The position numbers were made by a program, and so were the translations under genes. A DNA stretch of 64,000 nt from Stenotrophomonas sp. (GTDB lineage: Bacteria > Pseudomonadota > Gammaproteobacteria > Xanthomonadales > Xanthomonadaceae): assembly GCA_003248565.1 (NCBI GenBank), contig QFOV01000006.1, positions 15,066 to 79,065 on the forward strand, in the 5' to 3' direction. This document shows positions 50,042 to 60,694 of this stretch, in pieces. The notes under the pieces are model-generated. The model had not been told where the DNA came from. It saw nothing but the letters and a program-made list of their open reading frames with translations, and made no database searches. Position 1 is the first letter of the stretch. The number at the start of each line of letters is the position of its first letter.

Positions 50042-51445
50042 TCAGGTGCGCCCGTAGGTGTCCTCGAAGCGCACGATATCGTCCTCACCCAGATAGCTGC
50101 CCGACTGCACCTCGATCAACTCCAGCGGCAGCTTGCCAGGATTGCGCAGGCGGTGGGTGACACCCAGCGGGATGTAGGTGCTCTGGTTCTCAGCCAGCAA
50201 CAGCACTTCATCGCCGCGGGTGACTTCTGCGGTGCCGCTGACCACGATCCAGTGTTCGGCGCGGTGGTGGTGCATCTGCAGGCTCAAGGTACCGCCGGGT
50301 TTGACGGTGATGCGCTTCACCTGGAAGCGGTCGCCGTGATCGATGGAGTCATAGGCGCCCCACGGGCGATAGACCTTGCGGTGCCAGGTGGCTTCGCTAC
50401 GCCCATCGGCCTTCAGGCGCGCCACGACGTCCTTCACTTCCTGCATGCGGTCGGACTTGCCAACCAATACCGCATCGTCGGTTTCGACCACGATCACATC
50501 GTCCAGGCCGACCATCGCGATCAGGCGCTCGCCGTAAGCGAAGGTGTCATGGCAGTCGATGGCGATGACATCGCCGTGATGGGCGTTGCCGTTTGCGTCC
50601 TGCTCGGAAACATCGCGCAGTGCGGTCCACGAGCCAACATCGCTCCAACCGGCGTCCAACGGGACCACAGCCGCATCGGCCGTCTTTTCCATCACCGCAT
50701 AGTCGATGGAATCGGACGGACTGGTCTTGAATGCTTCTGCATCCAGGCGGATGAAGTCGGCATCACGCCGCGCCTTTTCCCAAGAACTGCGGCAGGCTGC
50801 GAGAATCTGCGGCTGCAGGCGCTCCAACTCCTGCAGGTAGCGTGAGGCTCGGAACAGGAACATGCCGCTGTTCCAGTAGTACTCGCCCGAGGCGACATAG
50901 TCCTGTGCAGTTGCCAGGTCGGGCTTTTCGACGAAGCGCTCGATGGCGCGCGCGCCTTCACCGGCGACAGCCTTGATATAGCCGTAGCCGGTTTCCGGCG
51001 CAGTCGGCTGGATGCCGAAGGTAACCAGCTTGCCCTGCTCAGCAATATCGGCAGCTGCCAGGATGGCGCTGTGGAAATGCGCCGTGTCACGAATCAGATG
51101 GTCTGAGGGCAGCACCAGCAAAAGCGGGTCGGCACCGTCACGACAGGCCTCCAGTGCCGCAGCTGCGATGGCAGGTGCGGTATTGCGGCCGACCGGCTCA
51201 AGCAGAATGGCCGATGGCGTGGTCCCGACCTGCTGCAGTTGCTCGGCGGCGACAAAACGATGCGCTTCGTTGGCCACCACGAGCGGGGCCTGCGTAGCGA
51301 CATCGGCCACCCGCAGCCAGGTGGACTGCAGCATGCTGTGCTCGCCGGCCAGCTGCAGGAACTGCTTGGGATAGGCTTCGCGCGACAGCGGCCACAGGCG
51401 GGTGCCTGAACCACCGGAAAGAATGACGGGCAGGATCTGGCTCAT
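50042..51445 (-). CDS. xanB: Mannose-1-phosphate guanylyltransferase / mannose-6-phosphate isomerase
   Basis: [28 protein letters not shown], cupin HHHRAEHW. Confidence 0.93.
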   Translation of the reverse strand: MSQILPVILSGGSGTRLWPLSREAYPKQFLQLAGEHSMLQSTWLRVADVATQAPLVVANEAHRFVAAEQLQQVGTTPSAILLEPVGRNTAPAIAAAALEACRDGADPLLLVLPSDHLIRDTAHFHSAILAAADIAEQGKLVTFGIQPTAPETGYGYIKAVAGEGARAIERFVEKPDLATAQDYVASGEYYWNSGMFLFRASRYLQELERLQPQILAACRSSWEKARRDADFIRLDAEAFKTSPSDSIDYAVMEKTADAAVVPLDAGWSDVGSWTALRDVSEQDANGNAHHGDVIAIDCHDTFAYGERLIAMVGLDDVIVVETDDAVLVGKSDRMQEVKDVVARLKADGRSEATWHRKVYRPWGAYDSIDHGDRFQVKRITVKPGGTLSLQMHHHRAEHWIVVSGTAEVTRGDEVLLLAENQSTYIPLGVTHRLRNPGKLPLELIEVQSGSYLGEDDIVRFEDTYGRT

Positions 51446-51453
51446 GAGAACTC

Positions 51454-52800
51454 TCAGGCGGTGATCAAGGTGGAAATTTCGGCGGTGCGCTCAGCCAGCA
51501 GGTCGGCATCACCTCGGGTTTCAACATTCAATCGCAGCAATGGCTCGGTGTTGGAACTGCGTAGATTGAAACGCCAGCTGCCGAAATCGGCACTGATGCC
51601 GTCGGTGTGATCCACTGCCGGCGATTGCGCGGCGAAGTGTGCCATTACCCGGGCAACGGCGGTCTTGGCGTCGGCAACCTTGAAGTTGATTTCGCCACTG
51701 CACGGGAAGCGTGCCATGCGGTCTTCAACCAGTTCGGCCAGCGACAAGCCGCTGCTGGAGACCTGTGCAGCAATCAACAGCCACGGGATCATTCCCGAGT
51801 CGGCATAGGCGAACTCACGGAAGTAGTGGTGCGCGCTCATCTCGCCGCCGTAGACGGCGTTCTCAGCGCGCATCTTTTCCTTGATGAAGGCATGGCCGCT
51901 CTTGCACAGCACCGGCACGCCGCCAGCGGCTTCCACCATTTCGACCGTGTTCCAGGTCAGGCGCGGGTCATGGATGATCTTGCCGCCGGGATTGCGGGCG
52001 AGAATTGCCTGCGCCAACAGCCCGACCAGGTAATAGCCCTCGATGAAGCGGCCGTTGTGGTCGAAGAAGAAGCAGCGATCGAAGTCGCCATCCCAGGCGA
52101 TGCCAAAATCGGCACCGTGCTCGCGCACCGCCTTGGCGGTGATGTCGCGATTCTCCGGCAACAAGGGGTTGGGGATGCCGTTGGGGAAGCTGCCATCGGG
52201 CTCGTGGCAGATACGCACGAACTCCAATGGCAGATGCGCTGCCAGCAGGTCGACGATGGAACCGGCGCCGCCGTTGCCAGCGTTGACCACCAGCTTCAGC
52301 GGCTTGAGCTGGCTGGCATCGATGTAGCTGAGCAGGTGCTGGATGTAGGCCGTCTTGTCATGTTGGGCGGTCTGGCCGGCACGCGCGGGCTGCGGTTGTG
52401 AGTCGTCTGCGGCCACTGCATCGGAAATCGTGAACAGGCCGGTATCCGAGCTGATCGGGCGCGCTTGTTCGCGCACCAGCTTCATGCCGTTGTAGTCCAT
52501 CGGGTTGTGGCTGGCGGTGACCATCACGCCACCGGCTGCCTGCAGGTGGCCGGTCTGGAAATAGACCTCTTCGGTGCCGCACAGGCCGATATCGATGACG
52601 TCACGACCTTCCCCGCGCAAGCCGGCAGCCAGCGCGTCCTGCAGCGCAGGACTGGTCAGGCGCACGTCATGTCCCAGCACCACCGGACCGGCGCCGAGTT
52701 CGGCGGCCAAGGCCTTGCCGATCCTGCGTGCAATGTCTTCATTGAGTTCTTCGGGCACGCGGCCACGGATGTCGTAGGCCTTGAACGCGGGGAGGGGCAT
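51454..52800 (-). CDS. xanA: Phosphomannomutase/phosphoglucomutase
   Basis: [26 protein letters not shown]. Confidence 0.93.
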   Translation of the reverse strand: MPLPAFKAYDIRGRVPEELNEDIARRIGKALAAELGAGPVVLGHDVRLTSPALQDALAAGLRGEGRDVIDIGLCGTEEVYFQTGHLQAAGGVMVTASHNPMDYNGMKLVREQARPISSDTGLFTISDAVAADDSQPQPARAGQTAQHDKTAYIQHLLSYIDASQLKPLKLVVNAGNGGAGSIVDLLAAHLPLEFVRICHEPDGSFPNGIPNPLLPENRDITAKAVREHGADFGIAWDGDFDRCFFFDHNGRFIEGYYLVGLLAQAILARNPGGKIIHDPRLTWNTVEMVEAAGGVPVLCKSGHAFIKEKMRAENAVYGGEMSAHHYFREFAYADSGMIPWLLIAAQVSSSGLSLAELVEDRMARFPCSGEINFKVADAKTAVARVMAHFAAQSPAVDHTDGISADFGSWRFNLRSSNTEPLLRLNVETRGDADLLAERTAEISTLITA

Positions 52801-52976
52801 GCATGCATCCTGCTGGGTGAAAGATCACCTAGTTTAGTCGGCTACGCGTTCGTAGGCTGTCTGCACGCTGGATGAAAGTTCCAGGGCGCGCAAAACACGC
52901 TGGCCGAAGGTCCAAGGGGGTTGCCCCTGCGGTATGGCTAGAATATGGGCATCTTCAGCACTGTGAGTGTGATGCG

Positions 52977-53708
52977 ATGAGCGATCTCTCCCCGACCCGG
53001 CAACGCGGCAAGGTTTTTGCCAGCGCCGCCGAGGCCCTGGCCGGCATCGTGGCCGATGGGCAAACCCTTGCCGTAGGTGGCTTTGGCCTGTGTGGCATTC
53101 CCGAGGCATTGATCGCCGCGCTGCGCGACAGCGGGGTCAAGGGCCTGACCGCTATTTCCAACAACGCGGGTGTCGATGGCTTTGGCTTGGGCCAGCTGCT
53201 GGAAACCCGCCAGATCAAGAAGATGATTTCGTCCTACGTGGGCGAGAACAAGGAATTCGAGCGCCAGTACCTGGCCGGCGAGCTGGAACTGGAATTCAAC
53301 CCGCAGGGCACCCTGGCCGAGCGCCTGCGTGCTGGCGGCGCCGGCATCCCGGCGTTCTTCACCGCCACCGGCTACGGCACCATCGTCGCCGAAGGCAAGG
53401 AAACCCGCGAGATCGACGGCAAGCACTATGTGCTGGAAACCGCGCTCAAGGCCGACGTATCGCTGGTCAAGGCATGGAAGGCCGATGAAGCCGGCAACCT
53501 GCTGTTCCGCAAGACCGCGCGCAACTTCAACCCGGCTTGTGCCATGGCCGGCAAGGTCTGCGTGGTGGAAGTGGAGGAAATCGTGGCGGTGGGCGCCATC
53601 GATCCGGATCAGGTCCATCTGCCCGGTATCTACGTCGATCGCATCGTATTGAACGCAACGCCGGAGAAGCGCATTGAACAGCGCACCGTGCGTCAGGAGG
53701 GGAACTGA
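52977..53708 (+). CDS. 3-oxoacid CoA-transferase subunit A
   Basis: [34 protein letters not shown]. Confidence 0.93.
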   Translation: MSDLSPTRQRGKVFASAAEALAGIVADGQTLAVGGFGLCGIPEALIAALRDSGVKGLTAISNNAGVDGFGLGQLLETRQIKKMISSYVGENKEFERQYLAGELELEFNPQGTLAERLRAGGAGIPAFFTATGYGTIVAEGKETREIDGKHYVLETALKADVSLVKAWKADEAGNLLFRKTARNFNPACAMAGKVCVVEVEEIVAVGAIDPDQVHLPGIYVDRIVLNATPEKRIEQRTVRQEGN

Positions 53709-53709
53709 G

Positions 53710-54335
53710 ATGGCCTGGACCCGTGACGAAATGGCACAGCGCGCCGCGCGCGAGCTGACCGATGGTGCCTACGTGAACCTGGGCTGCCCACCCTGGTGGC
53801 CAATCACATCCCGGAAGGCGTGGATGTATGGCTGCAGTCCGAAAACGGCCTGCTCGGCATCGGCCCGTTCCCGACCGAAGCCGAAGTAGATGCTGATCTG
53901 ATCAACGCGGGCAAGCAGACCGTCACCGCGCGTGCCGGTGCCAGTTATTTCGGCAGCCACGACTCGTTCGCGATGATCCGTGGGGGCCACATCAACCTGG
54001 CCATCCTGGGCGCGATGCAGGTCACCGACAAGGGCGACCTGGCCAACTGGATGGTGCCGGGCAAGATGGTCAAGGGCATGGGCGGCGCGATGGACCTGGT
54101 GGCCGGCGTGCAGCGCGTGGTGGTGCTGATGGAGCACACCGCCAAGAACGGTGAGCACAAGATCCTGCCGGATTGCACCCTGCCGTTGACCGGCGTTGCC
54201 GTGGTTGATCGCATCATCACCGATCTGGCGATCTTCGATGTGACCGCTGATGGATTGGTGCTGGTGGAAGCCGCGCCGGGTGTCAGCGATGACGAGCTGA
54301 AAGAAAAGACCGGCGTGTCGTTCCGGCGTGCTTGA
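53710..54335 (+). pseudogene. 3-oxoacid CoA-transferase subunit B, frameshifted near 53784
   Basis: [13 protein letters not shown]...YVNLG, then a frame switch to PTLVANHIP...QSENG; the conserved NLGIGLPT motif is broken. Confidence 0.8.
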
Positions 54336-54342
54336 GTGAAAG

Positions 54343-54367
54343 AAACGGGCTGCACTGCAGCCCGTTT
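54343..54367. terminator. Hairpin between convergent genes
   Basis: AAACGGGCTGCA-C-TGCAGCCCGTTT. Confidence 0.65.
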
Positions 54368-54376
54368 GCCTCGGTT

Positions 54377-56431
54377 TCAGCTGCGGTTTGCGTAGGCGTA
54401 TTCGCTAGGTGTTGGTGCGCCTGTGGCACCCATCTGCGAGGTGTCGCGAATCTGCAGGCCCATGGCGTCGGTCGCCGCGCCAGTCACGCGCTCGACCGCA
54501 TGTGCCAGCGTAGCGTCGATCTGACCACGTTCCGGCTCGAACTCGCTGGGATACAGGTGCGCATCAAGCAGCGGGCGCAAAGCCTGCAGGCGTACCCAGT
54601 ACATGCTGCCGGATGCGAACATCTGGTCTTTGATGCTGTCTACCAGGCCCAGCCGAACCTGTAGATGCGACAACAGCGGGCCGTTGCCGCCGATGAATCC
54701 AGCAACCGGCAGCAGATGCCCTGCTGGTGCAACCAAGCCCAACTTGGGGTTGGTTCGGAACGCGTCGACGATCCGCGGCGCTGCGTGGTTGGCCAGTAGC
54801 GCGCCGACCATTTCCCGCCGCCACTGATCGCCATTTTCAAGATGCGTTGATCGCTTGGTATGGAGTTTCAGTACCAGCTCTTCACCTTCATTCAGCAGCC
54901 GATCTGCGACGTGCAGGAAGGGCAGGATATCGCGACCACGGTTTTCGAAAACCGTGACTTCACCTCGCTGGTCGAGGTTGTGCTTGCCCAGCAGGTCGCG
55001 GACACCAACCGCCTTTTCGGCCGTGGTGGTGATGACGATACGGGCGTCCAAACCGCTGCGGCCGATCACTTCAAGTAGCTCTTCAAGGGCATCCAGATAC
55101 CACGCATGAATCACAATGCAGGGGCGGGTAGGAGGTGTTGGTGCCGCTTCCAGCGCTTGACGGGTAGCCCAAAGCCAAGCGTGGCCCAAGCGTGCATCCG
55201 GCTCCAGTACGGCACCTTCGGCCCATTCGTTCCACGCATTGATGAACACAAACTTCTGCTTCTGCGCGATGGGTGCCAGACGCACATGGATGGTCTGCCG
55301 CAACCAGTCGAGGTAGCCGCGTGGCGAGGCATGCAGATAGACGCGGCCTCGGCCCGAGCGGCGCGCTTCATTGTCCCAGCCAGGATTCACGCCGGGATAG
55401 AGCGTGTACTCCGGCATCGGTCGGGCAGCGGCTTGCTTGGCCAGTTCGCGCCAGTCGCGCACGTCGCCATTGAATTCCGGGTTCAGCAGCCATTGTTCGG
55501 CGGACAATGAACGTGGGTTGCTCATGTTCGGCGGGAACTCAACTGCTGCGTCAAAACCGATATCGCGTGGGTCGGGGCGCTCGAAGCCCTGTACATAGGC
55601 CAGGTGAATCTCGCCGATATCGTTGTCGCGGCACCATTGCCGCCAACGCTGCGCGGTTGCGGCTGCATCAGGCAACAGGTTGGGGCGGTAGACCAACAGC
55701 ATCGGCAGCCCGTCGACTTTTAGTGCGCGCCGGTCGCGCAGGTAAGGCGCGATGTGCGCAATGAACGCCAGATCGTCGTCGTCGCTGTGTTGTTGGCCAA
55801 TCAGGATGTCATCGTCGCGCCCATCCCAACGCCGCGCCCAGTTTTCATTCGCCCAGCACAGGCAGAACGGAAGGTCGATGCTGTCATCGGCCAGCCATTG
55901 CTGCAGCGGCGTCTCCATCAAGCTGCGGCCGCTGAACCAGTAGTAGTAGAAACAGAAGGCCCCTATGCCGTAGTCGGCTGCAAGCTTTGCCTGGTCGCGC
56001 ATCACCTGCGGGTTGCGCAGGTCATAGAAACCAAGATCTGCGGGTAGGCGTGGCTGCACGTGGCCTTGGAACTGCGGCAACGCTCGGGTGACATTCCGCC
56101 ACTCGGTAAATCCTTTTCCCCACCAGGCATCGTTCTCTGCAAAGGTATGGAACTGAGGCAGATAGAACGCAATCAAGGTTGCCGGTGAGGCTGCTGGCAG
56201 TGGCAGCAACTGCTGGGCTGTGTACCCGATTGCTGCTTCATCGGCGCGCCAGCGCAGTTGCAAACCGGGCGTTTCAGTTTGGCGGCCAAGAGCTGGTTGC
56301 GGCACCCAGTGACCAAGCTGCCCCATCAAATGCCCGCGCAGCTTGTCACGTTGCCCTTCAGACAATGGCAGGGCGCGAAACAAGGTGCGGAGCAGCGGGT
56401 ACACGGCCTGGCGTAGGCGGTTCGCACTCAT
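54377..56431 (-). CDS. WbsX/GH99-like domain plus rhamnan synthesis F (RgpF)-like domain; LPS biosynthesis protein
   Basis: AFYLPQFH...WWGKGFTEW, CWANENW, NAWNEWAEG; ENRGRDILPF, KLHTKRS, LAHAVER. Confidence 0.8.
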   Translation of the reverse strand: MSANRLRQAVYPLLRTLFRALPLSEGQRDKLRGHLMGQLGHWVPQPALGRQTETPGLQLRWRADEAAIGYTAQQLLPLPAASPATLIAFYLPQFHTFAENDAWWGKGFTEWRNVTRALPQFQGHVQPRLPADLGFYDLRNPQVMRDQAKLAADYGIGAFCFYYYWFSGRSLMETPLQQWLADDSIDLPFCLCWANENWARRWDGRDDDILIGQQHSDDDDLAFIAHIAPYLRDRRALKVDGLPMLLVYRPNLLPDAAATAQRWRQWCRDNDIGEIHLAYVQGFERPDPRDIGFDAAVEFPPNMSNPRSLSAEQWLLNPEFNGDVRDWRELAKQAAARPMPEYTLYPGVNPGWDNEARRSGRGRVYLHASPRGYLDWLRQTIHVRLAPIAQKQKFVFINAWNEWAEGAVLEPDARLGHAWLWATRQALEAAPTPPTRPCIVIHAWYLDALEELLEVIGRSGLDARIVITTTAEKAVGVRDLLGKHNLDQRGEVTVFENRGRDILPFLHVADRLLNEGEELVLKLHTKRSTHLENGDQWRREMVGALLANHAAPRIVDAFRTNPKLGLVAPAGHLLPVAGFIGGNGPLLSHLQVRLGLVDSIKDQMFASGSMYWVRLQALRPLLDAHLYPSEFEPERGQIDATLAHAVERVTGAATDAMGLQIRDTSQMGATGAPTPSEYAYANRS

Positions 56432-56553
56432 CGGTGGTCGTTCAGCAAGTTAGGATGTCGGATGGGCATCGGAATTCCGGCGGTTGATTGCGCCTCGTAT
56501 TCTCTGCGGTTGGCGTCGCGTCAGCAAATTCAGTCACGTGGTAGCGTTTCCTG

Positions 56554-57159
56554 ATGTCGAACGATGAGAAGTCGTTTCCAGTTGATGTCCAGCATCTGCC
56601 TGCCTGGTTGCCGGCAGAGCAGGCCGATGCCTTGCTGCTTGCCCTGCACACGCAGGTGCCTTGGGAAATCCACCGCATCCGCATGTTCGGACGTTGGGTT
56701 GATTCGCCGCGGCTGAGCTGCTGGATGGGCGATGCGGAGGCGCACTATCGCTACTCGGGGGCGGATTTTGCCCCGTTTCCTTGGGCCCCTGCCGTGCAGG
56801 CGCTGCGCGAACGGTTGCAGCAGGCCTGTGATGGTCGCTTCAACAGCGTGCTGCTTAATCGTTATCGCGATGGCCGTGACAGCATGGGCTGGCACAGTGA
56901 TGACGAGCCTGAACTGGGGCCGACGCCGTTGATCGCCTCGCTGAGCCTTGGGGCACCACGGCGCTTTCTACTGCGGCGTCGCGATGATCCTGCGCAGAAG
57001 TTCGAGTACCTGCTCGGCCACGGCGACCTGCTGCTGATGCGCGGGCAGTGCCAGCGCGACTATCAGCATGCGCTGCCCAAGACCGCGCGGGTGTCGGGCG
57101 AACGCATCAATCTCACTTTCCGCCAGATCGCAGCTGTGCCGCATCGCGCTGGCCGCTGA
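56554..57159 (+). CDS. alkB: AlkB-family 2OG-Fe(II) dioxygenase
   Basis: NRYRDGRDSMGWHSDDE, SLSLG, HALPK, RINLTFR. Confidence 0.85.
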   Translation: MSNDEKSFPVDVQHLPAWLPAEQADALLLALHTQVPWEIHRIRMFGRWVDSPRLSCWMGDAEAHYRYSGADFAPFPWAPAVQALRERLQQACDGRFNSVLLNRYRDGRDSMGWHSDDEPELGPTPLIASLSLGAPRRFLLRRRDDPAQKFEYLLGHGDLLLMRGQCQRDYQHALPKTARVSGERINLTFRQIAAVPHRAGR

Positions 57160-57760
57160 GCAGGGTCCAGCCGATCAGCTCGCTGCTGGTCTTGTTCAAC
57201 GCGGTTTCGAAGGCGGCAGCCACACTGCTGATCTCGGCGCTGGTGGCCGGTTCGGCAACGACGAAGGTGCGTGCAGCAACCACGCGCTGGTCCAGGCTGT
57301 GGATGAGCTTTGCATTGAGTTCGATGGTGGCCGCCGGCACTTCGCCGCCACGGTAATCCGATTCGAAGCGGCGCAGGTCGGTGGTCAGTTTGTAGTCCGA
57401 GCGGATGCCAGTGGCGATGCGCGCAACGGCGTCGATCTTTCCCGAGTCCTCGAAACCGCGCAGCAAGGTGTCTTCCAGGATGTCGGTGGCCGGCTGCGAC
57501 CAGGTCGCGCCACGATAGACCTCCAGTTCGCCCGGCGTCGGCCGCACGTTGATGCGCGGGCTGTCGATCAGGCGGGCGGCGCTGGGTTTGGCGATGGCCA
57601 GTTGCCAGCTGACCTGCGGCCAGCCGGGATCGGCCTGCACCCTGACTTGAGGCGCATAGATGGTGATGGACTGGCGGTCGCCGCCGGCCAATACGGAGCA
57701 GCCGGCCAAAGCCAGCAGGCAGGCCGGGGCGAGCAGCTTGATCAGGGAAATGCGCTTCAT
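57113..57760 (-). CDS. ABC transport auxiliary lipoprotein (PqiC-like)
   Basis: Lipobox LAGC; last gene of the Mce-type operon. Confidence 0.8.
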   Translation of the reverse strand: MKRISLIKLLAPACLLALAGCSVLAGGDRQSITIYAPQVRVQADPGWPQVSWQLAIAKPSAARLIDSPRINVRPTPGELEVYRGATWSQPATDILEDTLLRGFEDSGKIDAVARIATGIRSDYKLTTDLRRFESDYRGGEVPAATIELNAKLIHSLDQRVVAARTFVVAEPATSAEISSVAAAFETALNKTSSELIGWTLLSGQRDAAQLRSGGK

Positions 57761-58683
57761 TTGGGTTCGAACTCCTTCGGGGCGTCGCGGCCGAGCAGGT
57801 AGCGCGCCGGGTTGTTCTCCAGCCGGTCACTGACCCGGCGCAGGTCGCGGATCAGGCCGCGCAGTTCGGTCAGGGTCGGGCCGAGCTGGGCCAGTCCGTC
57901 GTTGGCGAAGCTGTTGATAGCCGCGCGGTTCTCGCCAAGGATGGCATCGGCGTTGCCGGCGGCGGAGTCGAGCTTGGCCAGGCTGGTATCAAGCTTGTCC
58001 ATCGTTGCAGGCAGTTCCCGCAGCACGTTCTCGTCCAGGTTCTTAATGGCGCCGTTGGCCGAACCGAGGGTGACGTTGAGGTTGCGTGCCGCATCGCGTG
58101 CTTCCACCAGCAAGGCCTGGGTGCCTTCGTCGCGGTCGGCCAGGCCGCCGCTGATGGTTTCCAGGTGGGCCAGGGTGGTGGTGATCTTGCGGACGTTCTC
58201 ATCACTGAGCAATTCGTCCATGCGCTCGACCACGCGGTTGGCGACGTCGGTGATGTTCTGCAGTGCCGACGGTGAGGTTGCGATGGTCGGCACCGTTTCC
58301 TTGCTGACCGCGGTCAGTGCGGCGGCCTGCGGGGTGCCGCCACTGAGCTGGATGATCGATGGTCCGGTCAGGCTGGTGATGGCCAGCTTGGCGCGGGTAT
58401 CGGTCTTGACCGGGGTGGTGGAGTTGAGCCGCAGCTTGGCCACTACCTTGCGCGGATCATCGGGAGCCAGGGTCAACTCGGTGATCGAGCCGACCGCGAT
58501 GCCGTTGTATTGCACGGGACTGCCCACCGACAAACCGGTCACCGCCTCGGTGAACACCACCCGGTATTCCTGCCAGGTGCGGTCGGAGGAGTACTTGGCC
58601 GCCCATAGCCCGAAGGCGAGCAGGGCAACGCCGATGAGCAGGGTGAAGGCACCGATCAGGACGTAGTTGGCTTTGGTTTCCAT
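57757..58683 (-). CDS. MCE/MlaD-family protein
   Basis: METKANYVLIG, VTGLSVGSPVQYNGIAVG; helical C-terminus. Confidence 0.88.
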   Translation of the reverse strand: METKANYVLIGAFTLLIGVALLAFGLWAAKYSSDRTWQEYRVVFTEAVTGLSVGSPVQYNGIAVGSITELTLAPDDPRKVVAKLRLNSTTPVKTDTRAKLAITSLTGPSIIQLSGGTPQAAALTAVSKETVPTIATSPSALQNITDVANRVVERMDELLSDENVRKITTTLAHLETISGGLADRDEGTQALLVEARDAARNLNVTLGSANGAIKNLDENVLRELPATMDKLDTSLAKLDSAAGNADAILGENRAAINSFANDGLAQLGPTLTELRGLIRDLRRVSDRLENNPARYLLGRDAPKEFEPK

Positions 58684-58684
58684 A

Positions 58685-59494
58685 TCAGGCGGGCTCGTGC
58701 TGAAGGCCGCGCGCGGCGCGGGCGCGGGGGCCGTGGAAGTATTCGCGTATCCACGGATGGTCGAGTTGTTCGATTTCAGGCAGCGGTGCATTGGCGATGA
58801 CCTTGTGGTCGGCCAGCACCGCGACGCGGTCACAGATGGCGTAAAGCGTATCCAGGTCGTGGGTGATCAGGAACACGGTCAGGCCCAGGGCTTCCTGCAG
58901 GGTCTTGATCAGGTGATCGAAGGCGGCTGCGCCAATCGGGTCGAGGCCGGCGGTGGGTTCGTCCAGGAACAGCAGGGGCGGATCCAGCGCCAGCGCACGG
59001 GCCAGGCCGGCGCGCTTGCGCATGCCGCCGGAAAGCTGCGAAGGCAGCTTGTTGATGGCGTCGGCGGGCAGGCCGGCCAGCTTCACTTTCAACAAGGCCA
59101 ATTCGTAGTGCCAGCGCTCGCTGAGTTCCGGGTGATGCTCCTTCAGCGGCACCTGCACGTTCTCGCCGACCGTCAGCGAGGAGAACAGGGCACCATCCTG
59201 GAACAGCACGCCGGTATTGCGCTCGATGCGCAGGCGGTCGGCCGGGTTGCTTGAGCGCGCATCCACGCCCAGCACTTCCATCTGTCCGGCATCGGGCGTA
59301 CGCAGGCCGAGGATGGAGCGCATCAATACCGATTTGCCGGTGCCCGAGCCGCCGACCACGCCGAGAATCTCGCCACGGCGTACGTCCAGATCCAGCCCAT
59401 CGTGCACGGTCTGGCTGCCAAAGCGATTGACCAGCCCGCGCACGCGGATGGCCAGGTCGCTGCCGTCGGTGTTGGCGTCTTCCATCGTGCTCAT
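58685..59494 (-). CDS. MlaF-like ABC ATPase
   Basis: GGSGTGKS, FQDGALF, LSGGMRKR, DEPTAGLDP. Confidence 0.9.
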   Translation of the reverse strand: MSTMEDANTDGSDLAIRVRGLVNRFGSQTVHDGLDLDVRRGEILGVVGGSGTGKSVLMRSILGLRTPDAGQMEVLGVDARSSNPADRLRIERNTGVLFQDGALFSSLTVGENVQVPLKEHHPELSERWHYELALLKVKLAGLPADAINKLPSQLSGGMRKRAGLARALALDPPLLFLDEPTAGLDPIGAAAFDHLIKTLQEALGLTVFLITHDLDTLYAICDRVAVLADHKVIANAPLPEIEQLDHPWIREYFHGPRARAARGLQHEPA

Positions 59495-59498
59495 CCCA

Positions 59499-60620
59499 TC
59501 ACCAGCCCATGTGCATGAACCACAACGCGGCCAGCGCGTCGAGGATGATGACCAGCGAGATTGTCTGCACCACGCTGGAGGTGGTGCGTTCGCCCACCGA
59601 CTGTGCCGTGCCTTCCACCTTCAGGCCTTCCAGGCAGCCGATCAGCGCGATGATCAGTGCGAACACCGGTGCCTTGGACAGGCCGACCAGCATGTGCCGC
59701 ACCTCGATGGTGTCGTGCATGCGCGCCAGGTACATCTGCGGCGGGATATCCAGGTCGAAGGCGCCGACGGTGACGCCACCGGCGAGGCCGGCGATCATCG
59801 CCACGAAAGTCAGCAAGGGCAGCATGATCAGCAATGCGACCACGCGTGGCAGCACCAGCAGGTCGATCGGATCCAGCCCCAGGGTCTGGATGGCGTCGAT
59901 TTCCTCGCGTGCCTTCATCGCACCGATCTGCGCGGTGAAGGCGCTGGCGGTGCGGCCAGCCAGCACGATGGCGGTGAGCAGTACCGCGAACTCGCGCAGG
60001 AAGGCGATGGAAACCAGCTCCACCACGTAAATCTCCGCGCCGAAGTCGCGCAGGATGGTGGAGCCGAGGAAGGCGATCACCGCGCCCACCAGGTACGACA
60101 GCAAAGCCACCAACGGCACCGCGTTCAGGCCAACCTCTTCCATCTGGTTGACCGCGGCGGTGAGCCGGAATCGGCGTGGCTGGCGGAACAACCGCGCCAG
60201 CTTGGCCAGGTTCTCGCCGAGGAAGTTGACCAGCACCACGATGTTGCCGGCAATGGCATGCACCGAGCGGCCGAGGCGATCCAAGGCGGCGGCGACGCCG
60301 TAGTCGCGTTGCGGCTTGGGGCGTTCATCGGCCACTTCCTCGATGGTGCAGACCAGCGCCTGATGGTCGCTGCGGAACTGCAGCGCGTCATCCTGCAGCC
60401 CCAGCTTGTGCGCATAGCGCAGCAACAGGAGTACACCGGCCGAATCCAGCCGGTCGATGGCGCGCGCATCGATGCCGGTTACGGTCCCGGTCTGGGCATG
60501 CAATACCTCGCTTGAGCGCAGTGCGGTCGCCAAGGTCCAATTGCCGGAAAGCCTGAGCAGGCCGCCCGCATCGGGGGGCAGAACGCAATCGGGCGGGGGA
60601 ATGTCTTTCATGGTGACCAT
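59499..60620 (-). CDS. MlaE-family permease with N-terminal STAS-like domain
   Basis: LDSAG; AGRTASAFTAQIGAMKAREEIDA; start position uncertain (60611 or 60620). Confidence 0.88.
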   Translation of the reverse strand: MVTMKDIPPPDCVLPPDAGGLLRLSGNWTLATALRSSEVLHAQTGTVTGIDARAIDRLDSAGVLLLLRYAHKLGLQDDALQFRSDHQALVCTIEEVADERPKPQRDYGVAAALDRLGRSVHAIAGNIVVLVNFLGENLAKLARLFRQPRRFRLTAAVNQMEEVGLNAVPLVALLSYLVGAVIAFLGSTILRDFGAEIYVVELVSIAFLREFAVLLTAIVLAGRTASAFTAQIGAMKAREEIDAIQTLGLDPIDLLVLPRVVALLIMLPLLTFVAMIAGLAGGVTVGAFDLDIPPQMYLARMHDTIEVRHMLVGLSKAPVFALIIALIGCLEGLKVEGTAQSVGERTTSSVVQTISLVIILDALAALWFMHMGW

Positions 60621-60694
60621 TGGTTACGGAGAATAACCTGTCCGCCCTTCAAGCCAGATGAGTATTTCATCCGCTTCAGGTGATACTAGCGGCC

